Shown here: positions 1 to 13,484 of the stretch, piece after piece
How positions within the stretch are numbered: position 1 is the first letter of the stretch
Layout: the number at the start of each line of letters is the position of its first letter
The notes under the pieces: generated by a model
The model's input: only the letters and a program-made list of their open reading frames with translations
What the model was told of the DNA's origin: nothing
The model's database searches: none
Origin: Tubiluchus corallicola
Lineage: Eukaryota > Animalia > Priapulida
DNA: 64,000 nucleotides
Reading direction: 5' to 3'
Assembly (NCBI GenBank): GCA_030141605.1
Contig: JAQGDQ010000020.1
Span: 1,240,499 to 1,304,498, forward strand
Translations under genes and position numbers: made by a program

Positions 1-282
1 TATTGCCATGTATACCAGGTGCTGCCATATATTGCTGCTTTTGTTGCCGTCGGTGCTGCTACTGTGGTTGATTTTGCTGTCACTGTTGAGTGTTGATGTC
101 ATGGCTGCTGATAGTTGTTGCTTTTATTTTAGCTGTTGCACTTATTAAAATGTTACTGTTGCTGTTGCACTGGCCGTCACTACCGCTACGCCTGCTGCTG
201 TTGTCGTTATTATATTCTATTACTGCTCACTGTCGATATTTATGGCACTGAATGTGATTACCACATAATTCATAATGATTGT

Positions 283-545
<263 letters not shown>

Positions 546-862
546 GATACTACTGTCACCTAAGGCCCTTCACCTTGCAGTTCTCCTTTTGTTGCCGTTG
601 TTGTCATTGTTACCGCGCACTTTGTTATTAAATAATTTATGCTGTTAAGTAACGTCCATGTTATAAAATGTTTCATCTGTGCAAAATGGGCGATTGCAAA
701 GGTTTAGCAAAAATATACGGCAGATAAGGCAGAGAATGCCTGCATAGGCCCACGAAAGACAAATAATACTTATTCCCGTGGTGACCTGCTTGAGCCTCAC
801 AAAACGCATTCCAGTGTAAGGTGAAGGTGCCTCACAAAATTCATAAGCTGATGAGCCTCATC

Positions 863-925
863 CACGTGACAGCTCTTAGCCACACCTCTTTACGCCGTGT
901 CAGAATCTGTTACCCCGTATATAAG
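863..925 (+). promoter_or_regulatory. Candidate core promoter of the P450 (TATA box, upstream E-box)
   Basis: TATATAAG at 918-925, about 160 bp upstream of the ATG; CACGTG at 863-868. Confidence 0.45.
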
Positions 926-1078
926 CCCCTACTTGGCCTATAAGCTTATATACGTCTAGCGTGACATAAAAGAACGGAATATTATTTCTGTGCAGAGCAA
1001 AAACTGATCAAAATCAGCGAATTTCTTATGTTTAACAACCACAAATTTTGAACAACTTTTCTTTCAATTTTAAGAAAA

Positions 1079-1484
1079 ATGATGAATTACACTCAAGTTG
1101 CAGAACTTGGCGTTTGGTCTCAGAAATTTTCTGAGCCTTGGAAATATGAGAGCTTCACCGTTTTGGCCTGCTCTCTCTTCTGTCTCCTCTGGTGCTACAT
1201 TGTCAAGGGCGTCATTCAAACCTCCTCCAAATTTTCTCTTCTTCCACCTGGTCCGCCAGCTTTTCCTGTAGTGGGTTCCTTGTTCTCTCTCTCGCAGGAT
1301 TTGCGGCGAAGTTTTGGCGACTTGGCGCGTAAATACGGTCCGCTGTGTGGACTGTGGCTCGGACCACACTACACGGTCCTCATCAGTGACGCGGAGATCC
1401 TTCGGGAAGCATTCGTGAAAAGAGGAGAGGTGTTTTCTGCGAGGAAGAATCTATTTGTTATGCACGCTGTAACTGATGGATTGG
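1079..1484 (+). CDS. Cytochrome P450, clan 2 (CYP2/17/18-like), exon 1 of 7
   Basis: ATG at 1079, hydrophobic anchor, PPGP hinge (PPGPPAFPVVGSL), KYGPLCGLWLG..EAFVK; phase-1 donor GTAGG at 1485. Seven exons sum to 1584 nt = 527 aa + stop. Confidence 0.95.
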
Positions 1485-1768
1485 GTAGGAAATATTTGTT
1501 TATTGATTATTTATTGATCAATAGTTATTATTTTATTTATTTATTAATGAGCGTTTATTTATTAAAAAAATTGTTTAAAATGTGTTGTTTGCATGAAGTT
1601 TTGCAAACCATTTTATTTACGCGTTGAACGTACAAGTAATATTGAATTTTCATTCCATCTGCCTTTGGAAAATATATCAACTTCTCTGTCAACTATGTGC
1701 AGTGTGCACATACGACAGTGTTAACTACATGTAGTTCGTAAAAATTTCCAGTGTCGATTTGATTTCAG

Positions 1769-1942
1769 GAATAGTTGACAATGTCAATCCCGGATTGTGG
1801 AAGAAACAACGAAAATTTGCTGTTACCTGCCTGAGAAAGATGACTAAAGAACACCTGCATGACGTCACAGAACGAGAATTTCAATTGATGCTATGTGATT
1901 TAGCAACAATGGATCCTGGAAGTAGCCTAGTGGAACGTTTTG
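1769..1942 (+). CDS. Cytochrome P450 exon 2
   Basis: tttcag acceptor; C-helix WxxxR motif (WKKQRKF); donor GTAAGG, phase 1. Confidence 0.93.
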
Positions 1943-4374
1943 GTAAGGATAAGTTTTGTGTGTAAGGCTTATTTGACATTAAAACAGTTTAAGCTAATTT
2001 GTTAAATTGATTTCTTTTTGGAATTACGTAAAAAAACAGTACATTTTTGCAGTATTTAAGATATGGTTTACGCTGATAGTTTAGTAAGGTGGTTTACACA
2101 GGTTTGCCTATAATTATGTTTACTTCGATAGTTTACTGGAATCGTTTATGCACAGTTTAGAGATTTACTTAGCTGACATGTTTAATATGTTTTTCATTTG
2201 CTTAAAATAGATGTAGTGAGATGGTTTACTCAAAGAGTTTCTAATCTGGTGTACTAAAATTCAAGTGATTTACTCAGACGAATTACAAAGACTATTTACT
2301 CAAGTGCTTTACTGGAAGTGCTTGCTAAAACGATACCTACTTTGATTATTTACATTCAGTTTTTCACAGATGCTTTCCCCCAATCACAGACAGTTTACTC
2401 AACTGAGGCTTATTCCATTCAGAACTCTCAAAGGATGTTCACATTGTTTAGGTTTTGCATTATTCGGATATACGTCGTCACGTCTCCCTTACCTGGATTT
2501 AAATGAAATGCCGACAAAATTGCACAGTTGCCAATGTCTGTCAAAAAGTTTTTTTCATTTTTCAGTCACACTCCACTATAAAAAAGGAATATAATAATTA
2601 AGCTTAAATTTTGATTTATGCACATTTTTATGCGATCATCTGAGGATGGAAAACCGATTTTAGCCATGCTTGAGTATTTCGGGTCCACCAACGCAAACGG
2701 AACATGCAAGGCAAAGTAAACAAATAAACAAACAATGACGTAAACAAACACAGTCTCTATGACAAATCGGAGGAAATTAGATAAAAACTGTCAGAAGTCG
2801 CAATTAAGTCAACTAACTACGCACGTTCGCCTTTGATTGCTCCTGCAAACTAGTTTACACCTGTTTACACCTGTAGTCAAGGTCACAAAGATCTGGTACG
2901 CCATCAGCTAGAACATTATGACCTAGCACCATGTAAACAAAGTCGGAGTGCGGATCGTAGTGATGTGAATCGAATTCTGATCAGGACATTGTGACCCGTC
3001 ATATAAACGTAACGTATACTTTAAATGCCTTATAGAAACTTGTCAAAACTGGAAACCAAGGCCAGTAAAACTCGGTAGAACTTTTTGACCTAGAATGCTG
3101 ATGATAATGTAAACAAAGTCGCATCGTACAAACCTAGCACTTAGGACAAAGTGACCCAGAGTTTACAGATTCAGAGTTGGAAATGTTAGTGATAGTGGTT
3201 GAGGTGGCGCCAGGGGCAGCTGCATTGATGATAATGATTATCACGACGATGTTCGAGCTTGTGTTGATGTTAATGGTGGTGGTGGTAGTGGCGATGGTGA
3301 TGCTGATGGTGTTGGTAGCGGTGGTTTTAGTGGTTGCAGTGGAGGTGGTATTTTTGGCATTGAATTACCGATGATTACGGTGACTATGATCATAATAATG
3401 TAGCGCAGGTGCTTGGGCGGCCCACTCTGCACAACCTCTACCTTTATTCCAAAACTAATGTTACATGTCACCCCTAAAAGTACCAGTAGTTCAAACCTAA
3501 GTCTTCTAAATTATTCTTTTACAAATGTTTCGGTTATTTGTTAAATCTTCCCACCTTTTTGCTTTCAACCAATCAGGTTTCACTTTGTCTCAATCTCTGA
3601 CTTGTACACTAGTTTGGAGAAGGTTATAAAGAGAGGGTAAAATCTGCTGTACTTTGGAGCTACAGTGGTAATCGGATTGTGAAGAGTTGGTGGTTCTTGT
3701 GCCTGTGTTTCTTCCATCAGACTTAGAGTTTCTTACTACCTGCTATATGGCAAGTTAGGTATCAGTCTATCCACTTCATTTCTTTGTTCTGTTTTTCTTT
3801 AATTTGTTTAAAATCTTATCATAGTTTGTTTCGGCCTTGTAATATTTAAATCTCTTTCCAGTTAGATAGTCAGCATTATTTAATTCAGCTTTGTTTAATT
3901 GTGGTTAGGCTATTCCCCCTCCGTACCTGCAGGCCCGATCCACCGCCGGGTGGCGAGGTGTCACCAGCAGTTCAATAATGATAATGTTGTTAATATTGAT
4001 AATAATGACAGTGGTGGTACTGATGGAGTTGGCGATGACAGCAGCAGGAGCAGTGGCAGCAGTGCTATCAGTGAGGCTAATGGTGATGGTGATGGTGGTG
4101 GCAGTGGTGCTTGTGGTGAAGGTGGTGATATCAACAGAGATAACAGAAGTAATTAAAGTGACATTAGTGGTAATGGTGAAGATTACTGAGGTGGAAGAGA
4201 TTTTGATAGTGGATTTGTAATGATGATGATGATGATGATGACGACGACGATGATGATGATGATGACGATGGCGATGATGATAGTTGCGATAATAAGAATG
4301 TGTAACGATGAGCGAAACGATGGACAAGTTAATGTAAGTCATCGTAATACTGGTAGTGCTGCTTGAGACCGATT

Positions 4375-4640
4375 TTGTAGGACCAATGGTGCTCTATTTA
4401 GTTCTTTGGCAGTATTGGCATTCTTTGACAGTAATTTTGATTTGACCCTGTAAATCATCGACGATTCTTCTGAATATCTGTTGATGGTCCTCTTGATGTT
4501 TTTGATGCTTTTTCCTGAAGATATGGTGCTCATCATGTTTCTTGACGATCCTTGACCCTGAAATCTGTAATTTGATGTCATTGTTTTTATATCTGCAAGC
4601 GGCATTTCTAAGAATTGTTTTTTTTCAAAGTTCAAAGAAG
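4375..4640 (-). mobile_element. Degenerate LTR-retrotransposon integrase zinc-binding fragment
   Basis: Hand translation KHDEHH...QIKITVKECQYCQRTK*, resembling the HHCC region; in-frame stops nearby. Confidence 0.45.
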
Positions 4641-4718
4641 GTGGAGAGGGGTGCTTTTTATGACATTCTAGCTTTTTTCTCAGCACTCTGTTCAACATGC
4701 TTTATTTTTTCTCAACAG

Positions 4719-4895
4719 GAATTTGTTTTTCATCTATTATAATCAAGTTGATGCTGGGCGAGAAGAGTTTCCAGCGGGGCGGAAGTGCACACCGGAAGTT
4801 GTTGCATTTGATGATGGAAAACATTCACCTGTTGAACATTACCGCCCCTGTCAACACTTTCAGTTGGATGTATTATATTCCTTCACTTAAAAAAG
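4719..4895 (+). CDS. Cytochrome P450 exon 3
   Basis: Pyrimidine tract + aacag; GICFSSIIIKLMLGEKSF...FSWMYYIP (E/F helices); donor GTATGT; phases match neighbours. Confidence 0.88.
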
Positions 4896-5366
4896 GTATG
4901 TTGCTTGCTGAAGGAAGTCATGGTTGGGGTGATAGATAGGCAGTAAAGGGTGAGCAGCTTGAAAATAGTTTTGCCCCTATATTTGTTGTTTATTTTGTTT
5001 TTTTATTCTGTTGTTGTTGTGTTGTTGATAAGTTGTTTATGTGTTCATTATTCAATAGCTTATTCACTCGTCTACTCTTTCATTCACTCGTTTATTTCAA
5101 CTTTTATCGTTCACTCATTTGTTTATTTTTCAGTTGGTGTTATCTAATTTGTCTGTCTGTTTGTTTCGCTCATTTGTCGTTTGTTTGTATGTTTGCTTGT
5201 TTGTTTATTTGTTTGTTTGTTTCTTTGTTACTTACTTGCTTATTTCTTCTTAATTTGATTGTTGTTTATTCATTTGTTCATTCTTTCTTTTATTGCTTTT
5301 CTCATTCGTTTTTATTATTCGTTTGCCAGTTTTTGTTTCTTAATTTTTGCAAGCTTTATTTTCCAG

Positions 5367-5531
5367 CTTTCAAGCAGCTGATGCAAAACAGGAATGAAAT
5401 CCGGGAGATAATCAGAGAAGTGGTTACAGAACACAGGAAACACCACAATCAAGACAATCCACTGGACTTTGCTGATTTCTACATCAAACGAATAAGGACA
5501 GAAGAAGTGAATGGCAGCACAGATTTTAATG
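5367..5531 (+). CDS. Cytochrome P450 exon 4
   Basis: ttccag acceptor; EHRKHHNQDNPLDFADFYI (G/H helices, clan-2-like); donor GTATGA. Confidence 0.93.
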
Positions 5532-5726
5532 GTATGACGTACGTGAGTTCCCTTCACAAGAACTAAGCTCCGCCCACATTTGCTTTTATTGCTTCTCCCA
5601 GTACTGTTCTTATTGAGGGTCCCTGTCGTGAGTATGTCTTATACAAGAGAAGCTAGTTGCGCTAGATTAATTCTGTGCAAATGTGGGTGATGTTTAGTAG
5701 AGGTAAAGGTTCAGTCGCTAACTTAA

Positions 5727-6229
5727 AGGATAAGAAAACCCTTTATTTACATGAAGCCAAAAAATTCGTTTTGAAATTTTGCATCACTTGCATGTTGTCT
5801 TTTTGCGCACAGAGCTTGTATTTAACAGTAACGCTGTACAAAACTTGAAAATTTAAACTTCAGCGATGACGCTGTCATTTTAACAATAAGCATTTTAATA
5901 GTAACTAAAAGTACGAAAAAAGGTTTAGCTAACGTTGCTTACCGTTTGAAAGAACGATCAAAGCATTCGTAATGCACACTTCACTAACTAAGTAAAGTAT
6001 AAAAAAATTACCTTCTCCTGTTAATAAGATTAATAATACGCCTTTTAATGGGCCTGTGGTGTACACCAGGAAGGCTAGTCAGTGCGTTTTACCAATTAGC
6101 GCAAACATTTTAAATTGCTTTCCTTTTTAGTTATGTAAGTCTTCCAAACAGGCAAGCATAATGCCAAGTAGTGCAACTTTTTATGAAAAGTTTTTTGGTG
6201 CATACTTTAAAATTGTCTTTTCTTCCCCT
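5727..6229 (+). mobile_element. Kolobok-like MITE family A, diverged copy
   Basis: ttaa|AGGATAAGAAAAC ... TTTTCTTCCCCT; internal similarity to 34142-34806. Confidence 0.65.
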
Positions 6230-6631
6230 TTCAGAGAGAGCTAATGTTGAACGCTCGTGCCTTAACTTTGAGTGTAGTTTAACTAAGAGACTATGATAAA
6301 ATACGTGGGCGTAGCGTATCCGTACATGTATTGTGGACACAAAAACTAATGACAATTCTGGACGTTGTTTAATTACTGCAGTGTAGAAACTGTGAACAAT
6401 TAATGCAAAATCTCAAACCTGTTGCAATATCTTAATCAGAGCAAAGACTGTGAGCAAAAATCAAAGGCAAATTTGTGGATACATCTTAAAGGAGAACAAG
6501 ATCTGTTTGAAAATTTCCTGCCGTTGCAAAATTGTGCCCGTCAATGATGACGTCATTGCTGGAATTTTTCACGTAGATCTTTTAAGATGCACGTCCGTTT
6601 ACGGCCATTTAAACAGCTTTTTAAGCTAATG

Positions 6632-7159
6632 TTTCGGTTTCCAACCTGGGATACTAGTACCCCTTGCGGGTACCAGCGAACACCACAAGGGGCACCGGAG
6701 AAGCCTTTTAAAAAAGTAGTGTTATATAATAATCAGCGGGCGATACAAACATTTCTGTCGACTGTACCAACAATTCATGGTTTTTGGTCGAAGTCTTGAC
6801 CCTTGTCCACTGTAAAGCTTTCAGTAAACTTTTTTCCTGTGTAAAGCAGACTTTTCAACGATGGTGACAATCAAGACAAAAGCCCGAAACCGCATTGACA
6901 TCCGCGGAGACATGAGAGTCAGTCTCTCTAAAACTGAACCGCAATTCAATAAGTTAGTTTCTGCTATGCAACAGCAGCCGTCTCATTGAACTCTCATTTA
7001 GCGGATTTGATTGGAACAATATGCATTATGCAGATAATAAAAATATTCATGACATTCATGAGTGTTGATTCTTCATTTTGCTTATAGCAGGTGAAGGGGT
7101 ATCAGAAGATAATGTAAAGAAATTAGGAGTACGTGGAGTCCAAAAGGTTGGGAACCGGG
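6632..7159 (+). mobile_element. Internally deleted hAT (Buster/Charlie-type) transposon in P450 intron 4
   Basis: TIRs cggtttccaacct / aggttgggaaccg; 6837-6989 translates LCKADFSTMVTIKTKARNRIDIRGDMRVSLSKTEPQFNKLVSAMQQQPSH*, the typical Buster transposase C-terminus. Confidence 0.88.
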
Positions 7160-7520
7160 GAGTTAAGATTTTAATATAAGGAACATTTAGGCAATTCAGT
7201 ATTACAGGCACTTATTGTATATATTTCAAATTACAGTAAGTTACAGCCTAAAGAAATACCCATTCCCCAAATAGATAACTGGCTTTCCCAAAACAAATTG
7301 TTGGCTTAATTGTCCCTATAGGAAGCTTTTGCAAACAAAAACTTAAACACCGTATTTTTGTACTGTTAACAAATCTATTTTAAATAATGTGCTATTGTTT
7401 CTTGGCATATCGTCATACTTTTATGTTGTAATAGGCCCAACTTTGATACTAAATTAAAAGCGCAGCTATTATACTGTATATTTTTTTTGCCCTGCATGTT
7501 ACGTTCTGTGTGCATTGCAG

Positions 7521-7657
7521 TGGAGGAATTAGTAAGAGTCTGCGCAGACATTGTGATAGCTGGAACAGAATCGACCACAAAGACACTTATTTGGGCGTTG
7601 GTGCTTTTGGGAAGTCATGCCGATGTTGCTCAGAAATTGCAGTCGGAAGTTGATCAG
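7521..7657 (+). CDS. Cytochrome P450 exon 5 (I helix)
   Basis: ttgcag acceptor; DIVIAGTESTTKTLIWALVLL; phase-0 donor GTAGAG. Confidence 0.95.
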
Positions 7658-7972
7658 GTAGAGCTGCATATTATTTTTGATTGTTAGCATGGGCCCACCA
7701 ATTTTAGGTAGCCTACTTGGTCTATATGTTCCACTAATAACCTATAAACTTTTTTTTGAAATTTCTAATTGTGAAGACTCTGCAAACTTAATTTGTAGTT
7801 TTACATTACGTAGAAATGATAATGTGGTGAATAAATTTATAAATCGATGATTTTCGATATTTTGGTATGAAGTCGCCTGCCTCCCTGATTGCATGAATAA
7901 ATTTACAGATGGTGCAATAGGAACTCACTCAGCTGTAAAGCTCGAATTTAATGAACTGTAAAAAGCGTAGGT

Positions 7973-9079
7973 TGTAAGAAGTAAATATATCGTTTACGTA
8001 AGGACACTCTAAGATGCTCAGGATAATTAGCTAATATTAGGTTGAGACGGATGTACCGTTTATAATGAGCGATATGCACAAGTTACTGGTAATTAACGAA
8101 AACTCTGCGAGGTCACTGTTTCTTGAAGAAAGAGGACGGATAAGTTTTACGGGCGTATGATGACTATGTCCTCCGAACTGTCCCATAAATTTTAATGTTT
8201 CGTGCGACGTTCTTAAATGTTGCATGCGACGTTGCAATCGTGCAAGGTTGTTGCAAGGTTACTTCGATGAAATATAAGCTCCGGGTTCGAATAACCCAGA
8301 GCTCGTTCCACCCGATCGTATTGGAGGAGACACGTGCAGTGTGTACGGCAAATCACACAAGGAGGGCTATTTGACAGACGAGACAACTTGGGAAGTTCAG
8401 CGTAGACATTTTTCTGCGTTCCTAGGATAATCTAGGCACTGGACAACGAGAAGTCTTATATCAACTATCGGAGTTGACCAAATTGTACTGGGTACATTGG
8501 GTCAATCCACAGAGTTAAGTAATCTTAACATATTGGTAAACTGAGAATTAACTGTGCATATCGGTAGTTCGCATAAGTTCACATTGTACTATAGGATAAG
8601 TGTAAAGTGTACACCTTAGGTGATAGGAATTGAAGAATTGTTCAGAGAGATACTTTTGGAAAGCTATAAACTAGTTGTACGCGTCAAAAGCGCATAAGGA
8701 CTAAATCTTGTAAGCTATCTAGAAGCAGTAATTATTGTAAATCAATAAAGCAATTCTCTTTGACATTTAACGATTGAGTTAATGTATGTTATCAGAGTGT
8801 TTAACTCAAGCAACACTATCTCCGATGTACGAATCTGATTAGTTCGCTTTGAATTAACTAGCGCTCATATTGCGGGAGCGTCGCTAGGAAACTTGAGAGA
8901 AATAGACCTTTTCTCACAACGCGAAGGTCAAGGTGAAGTTTAGATAAGACGATCATTGCTTACTAGACTGATATCCAAAGCTCTCGGAGTCAGGTGAAGA
9001 ATTCACCTTATAGCAATTAGAAATTAAGCGGACATATTAAATTCAATCTATACGATATATAGATTTAAGTCACCTTACA
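7973..9079 (+). mobile_element. Possible solo LTR in P450 intron 5
   Basis: Bounded by TGTAAG...CTTACA, with TATAAG (about 8273) and AATAAA (about 8744) inside; no TSD found. Confidence 0.35.
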
Positions 9080-9482
9080 CTATACGATCAAGATTAACGG
9101 AAACATTAGGCATTTCAATTAAGAAAGGTGATAATAATCTTGGAAGCAGAGTCGATTAATCACAAATATTTATTATTTTAAAAAAAGTGCTGTTTAAGTG
9201 CTCAGTTTTTTAGAAAGAACAAATTACATGTGCGCTGCTATACTTCCTAAAGTAGTTCCTAATATTAGATTAAGTAATTGATATATTAGTTGCTCATACT
9301 ATTACCCCTTGCTCATTATATTACGCCTACAATATTACGCTTATAATATTATGCCTACAAATTATTTCTTGGATGTGATTTTTTAGCAAGTAACAGTAAG
9401 CGTTCGCCTTTAGCCATACATTAGCTGTATGGGCACAGACTGATTAAATTAGAGATTTATGAGTTCTTATTATTTTTTAAAG

Positions 9483-9789
9483 GTTACATGTTCAGAAGAA
9501 AATCGACGGCTTTCACTGGCAGAAACGCCATTTACTTCAGCCGTCTTGAAAGAAGTGCTGCGATTCAGTAGCGTCGCTTCTATAGGAATGCCTCACGCTA
9601 CATCACGTGACACCTACCTGCGCGGCCATTTTGTACCACGTGATTCAATCGTCATCGCAAATCTATGGCACATCCACCACGACCAGAAAACTTGGGGAGA
9701 TCCAACTGCATTTAGGCCTGAGAGATTTTTAGAAAAATCGCAAACACAAGCAGGCAACCCGGCGGACTTTCTTATGCCTTTTGGAATAG
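9483..9789 (+). CDS. Cytochrome P450 exon 6
   Basis: ExxR (EVLR), PERF (FRPERFL), start of heme loop PFGI; donor GTGCAT, phase 1. Confidence 0.95.
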
Positions 9790-9893
9790 GTGCATTTTCT
9801 TACTGTTAATAGTGTATTAAATCATTCTTCCTAAGTAGTGTAGCTCCCCGTGCTATCACTCCCTGGGAAGAAAGAATCTCGTCATCAACAATG

Positions 9894-10382
9894 TACACAT
9901 ACTTCACTGTCTTAGTAGCCATTCTCTGTCAAACCGCACGCAAGATGTCTGGCAAGTTACGGTACACCACTTAAAAGATGTTCTGTCTTCATCTAATAGT
10001 GCAAATAACGTTTGCCCAATACTCAATTTTACAATACTATGCAAAAACGATCCGTCATTGCTCTAGTGTCAAAAGTGGGTTAAGGAACCTTGGACCATCT
10101 TCATCGTCCACAACATGATTGATATATAACGTCATACTGGACTTTTTCTCTTTATGGTGTTGTTCACATCAGATGGACAAAGATAGTCCTGGGTTCCTTA
10201 TCCCACTTCTGACACCAGTGCAACATAGAGGCGTTAATTTTGGGTCTCAAAACGAGTCAAACAGAGTTGAATCAGTTGAAGACAGAATGAAAATTTAGTA
10301 TAGAAAGACTTTCTAGACAACTTTAATTGTGTACTCTACGTATGTCAGAGGAAAAGCTACTGGGCCAGTGAAAATATGCGTA
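9894..10382. mobile_element. Old fold-back/MITE-like element in P450 intron 6
   Basis: Degenerate about 35-bp inverted ends plus a nested inverted pair (gtgtcaaaagtgggttaaggaacc / ggttccttatcccacttctgacac). Confidence 0.5.
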
Positions 10383-11103
10383 GTAGATTAAATAGGACCT
10401 GATATGCACAACCTTCAATCAGGATTCAGGAACGAGACAAGTTTTTCCCTTGGGGTGTATGTATGGAGGTCTCCCCTTCACTGCAGAAGAACAATTTTTT
10501 ATTTTTAAGTGTATTTTGGTGCTCTGTGAGCATTTTAACTAAGCCGTGACAAACTCAATAATATCAGATTAAAGAAAGGCACAAGTCATTTAACATGTTG
10601 GGTTTATTTAATTGCTATCACTATAATTTAGAAAATATAACAAATAATTGCAAAAAACTGTCTATAAAGCGTAAAGTTAAGTTACTAATAGCGCCTTATA
10701 AAACTTTCGGGCTCATTGGTAACCAGTATTTACTTGAAAATTACCATGTAACTGGTGGACTTCGTGACTTTTCATAATGTTCATGCAAAAGATCACAAGA
10801 TTATTTTTTCCTAGTTTATTGTAAAACTTATTGTACCTTTTGACGGAAATTGGCAGTACTCCACTGTTCTTCAATCGATGAACTACGTCACTGGTGGAAG
10901 AATAAAATGGAAGCACCCAAGCATAAATTGATCGCGACTTTAACGTTGTTTTACTAATTATACAAGGCGTTACTCACTCTAAATCCTTCTAACATTTTTC
11001 ACAAACATTGAAATAAGCCTAACTTTGCAGACGGTTTGGCCTTTCCTTTAACATTTCCCATTAAACATATTAAACTACTATTATTTTATTTTTTCGAATT
11101 CAG

Positions 11104-11321
11104 GCCGTCGCATGTGCTTAGGTCGCCACATTGCTCAGACTGAACTCATGACATTTCTGGTTGGGCTTATGCAGCGGTTTGACGTCTTTGTGGTTGGTAA
11201 TTCGAAGAACTTAAGTGGCAGCTTCGACGGTTTGATGAACAACCCTCCTGATGTTAACATACAGTTGCTACCAAGAAAACGACTAGTTCGAAACCGTAAT
11301 GAAGTCATTTCAAATGGTTGA
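11104..11321 (+). CDS. Cytochrome P450 exon 7 (heme-ligand Cys, stop)
   Basis: ttcag acceptor completes PFGIGRRMCLG (FxxGxRxCxG); TGA ends at 11321; AATAAA at 11941 and about 11974. Confidence 0.95.
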
Positions 11322-13021
11322 ATTTTGCTGAAAGGCACAAGTTTAAACGTGATTACAAGTGCGCGGATGAAATGAATATGAGGAACTTGAATATGAGTAT
11401 GAATATGAGTTTGGGTATGAGTATTGAAATTAACACAGGTCAAAGTATGAAAAAATATGACAAGTGAGCTTTAAAACGCACTTTCTTTATAATGAGTGCA
11501 TTAGCCATTGCTAACAGGCCATGTGTTGGTCTATGATTACGTAATTGGCCCACAATTTGAACGTGAAAATATAGAGCTTATAGAGTATTCAGAATTATTC
11601 AATCTACTAATAATTTCACACGCGAGTTCTTTAAGTAAGCCTATATATGACAACTGTAATACAACATTACAATTGTAATCGTACAAAAACACAACTGCAA
11701 CAGTATGTAAAAATTGCAAATAATTGTAAATATTTCTGTAATTGTAAATAACTCTGATGTAATTTTATTGCTTCGTTCTGTCACAGATAATGTTAATTAA
11801 AGATTAAGTCATGTCTTACATCAGACTTCGTAAATATTGTAAATACCGCAGCTAGGTTTTTTGTAAATAGCTATACTTTATACATATTTTATAGAGTACA
11901 CAATATTTTTGTTCACATAGTTCTGACACATTGTGCACTAAATAAAATTTAAATTAAAATTCATTCATGTTAGAATAAAGCAGTATATTGGTTTTACTTA
12001 AAATTATTATCATCTTGTACTATATTGTTTTTTAAATACATCTATATCTATATTATCAAAATCATTCATTCGTATTATCGAAAAAACTATATTATCTGAA
12101 AAAATAATCAAACAAGCCAATTAGTTTGGTTCTGACAAAAAAGAACCTTTCAATAACTGCACACGCGAATTGTGGTGTGAATGTCACGCCATATCTAACA
12201 GATTTGGTATCAGATATAACCATAACAGTAGTTACCAGACGAACCGGATAGCTGCATAGCAGATGTATAAGCAACATGAAACGAAATACAAGCATGTGAT
12301 ACTACTGAGCAGCATATCGTAGTTTCTGCGCATGTACGTGCGTTAAGATGTTTCCCATTTGGATAAAGACAGGTCGCTCATGTATTTCACATAAACTTCG
12401 TCGTTCTCAATCTTCACTTCATGGGTCTCTTGCTGAAAAACATCAGAAGTTATACTAGTTTATTTTTTATTCATACACATTCGTTTTTTGTGCTCTTTCC
12501 TTTCCTCGAACGTTTGCTCAATTTCTCCTTACCCGCGCCACTCTCTTTTTTCTTTCACGCATCATTTGTTCGTTCATTCCGTCTGTCTTTCCTTCCGTCT
12601 ATCTGTCCACCTGAAAACCTGTCGGTTTCATCCACCCATATACATCATATATTATATACTTGCACGTATTCCATCATAAACCAACCACTGGACAATTTCC
12701 AAAAGTTTTATTTCGGCCAGTGGCTACTGCCTAGTCACGACCGCTCACTAACTTACCTGTAAACCAAAATTTGTCTTCCCATTTTCCAGATCAAACGAGT
12801 AGCCGTGCCAAGGACAAATAATCTGTCTCGTATTTCCTAAATCTTCAATGTCGCCATTAAACAAAGGGCCTCCTGAAAACGAAGACTGATAAAAACAATG
12901 TGTCTGCATTCTAACATACTAATCATCTAGCAAGTAAAATGAAAGGTCACAGGTTGCCTATCCAGCAATGCAATGCCAACCTTATAGGCATTGCCAAAAA
13001 TCCCAATAAATGTGTATTTTA

Positions 13022-13484
13022 AGCACAAGAAAACACTCTTCATAAATAAAGCTTTAAAAGTTCATGTTGAAACATGTTGTCTTACTTGCATACAGAGCTT
13101 CTAACAGCGCAGTAACGCTATAATAAAATTGTAAATTTAAACTCCCGCTATTAACCGTCAGGTGCAGACATTATGGGGGTAAGTCATTTGAAATAAGTTC
13201 AGATATCATTCCCTAAAGTTTGAAAAGATAATCATAGGATTCGCAGCACACTTTTCACTAATCAAGTAAAAGTTTAAAATTACTTTATATTGTCAGTTAG
13301 ATCAATAATACGTTTTCTGAGGGAATGTGATTCAGGGACGTTTTGCCAGTGAACATTTTAAATTAAGAATTTCCATTTTCAATTACTAAGCATTTCAAAC
13401 AGGTAAATATAATTAAGTGCTGAGTAATATAGTTTTGTATGGAAAGTTATTTGGGATATATTTAAAATTCCGTTTTCTTCCCCT
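13022..13484 (+). mobile_element. Kolobok-like MITE family A, diverged copy
   Basis: AGCACAAGAAAAC ... GTTTTCTTCCCCT|ttaa; internal similarity to 34142-34806. Confidence 0.7.
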
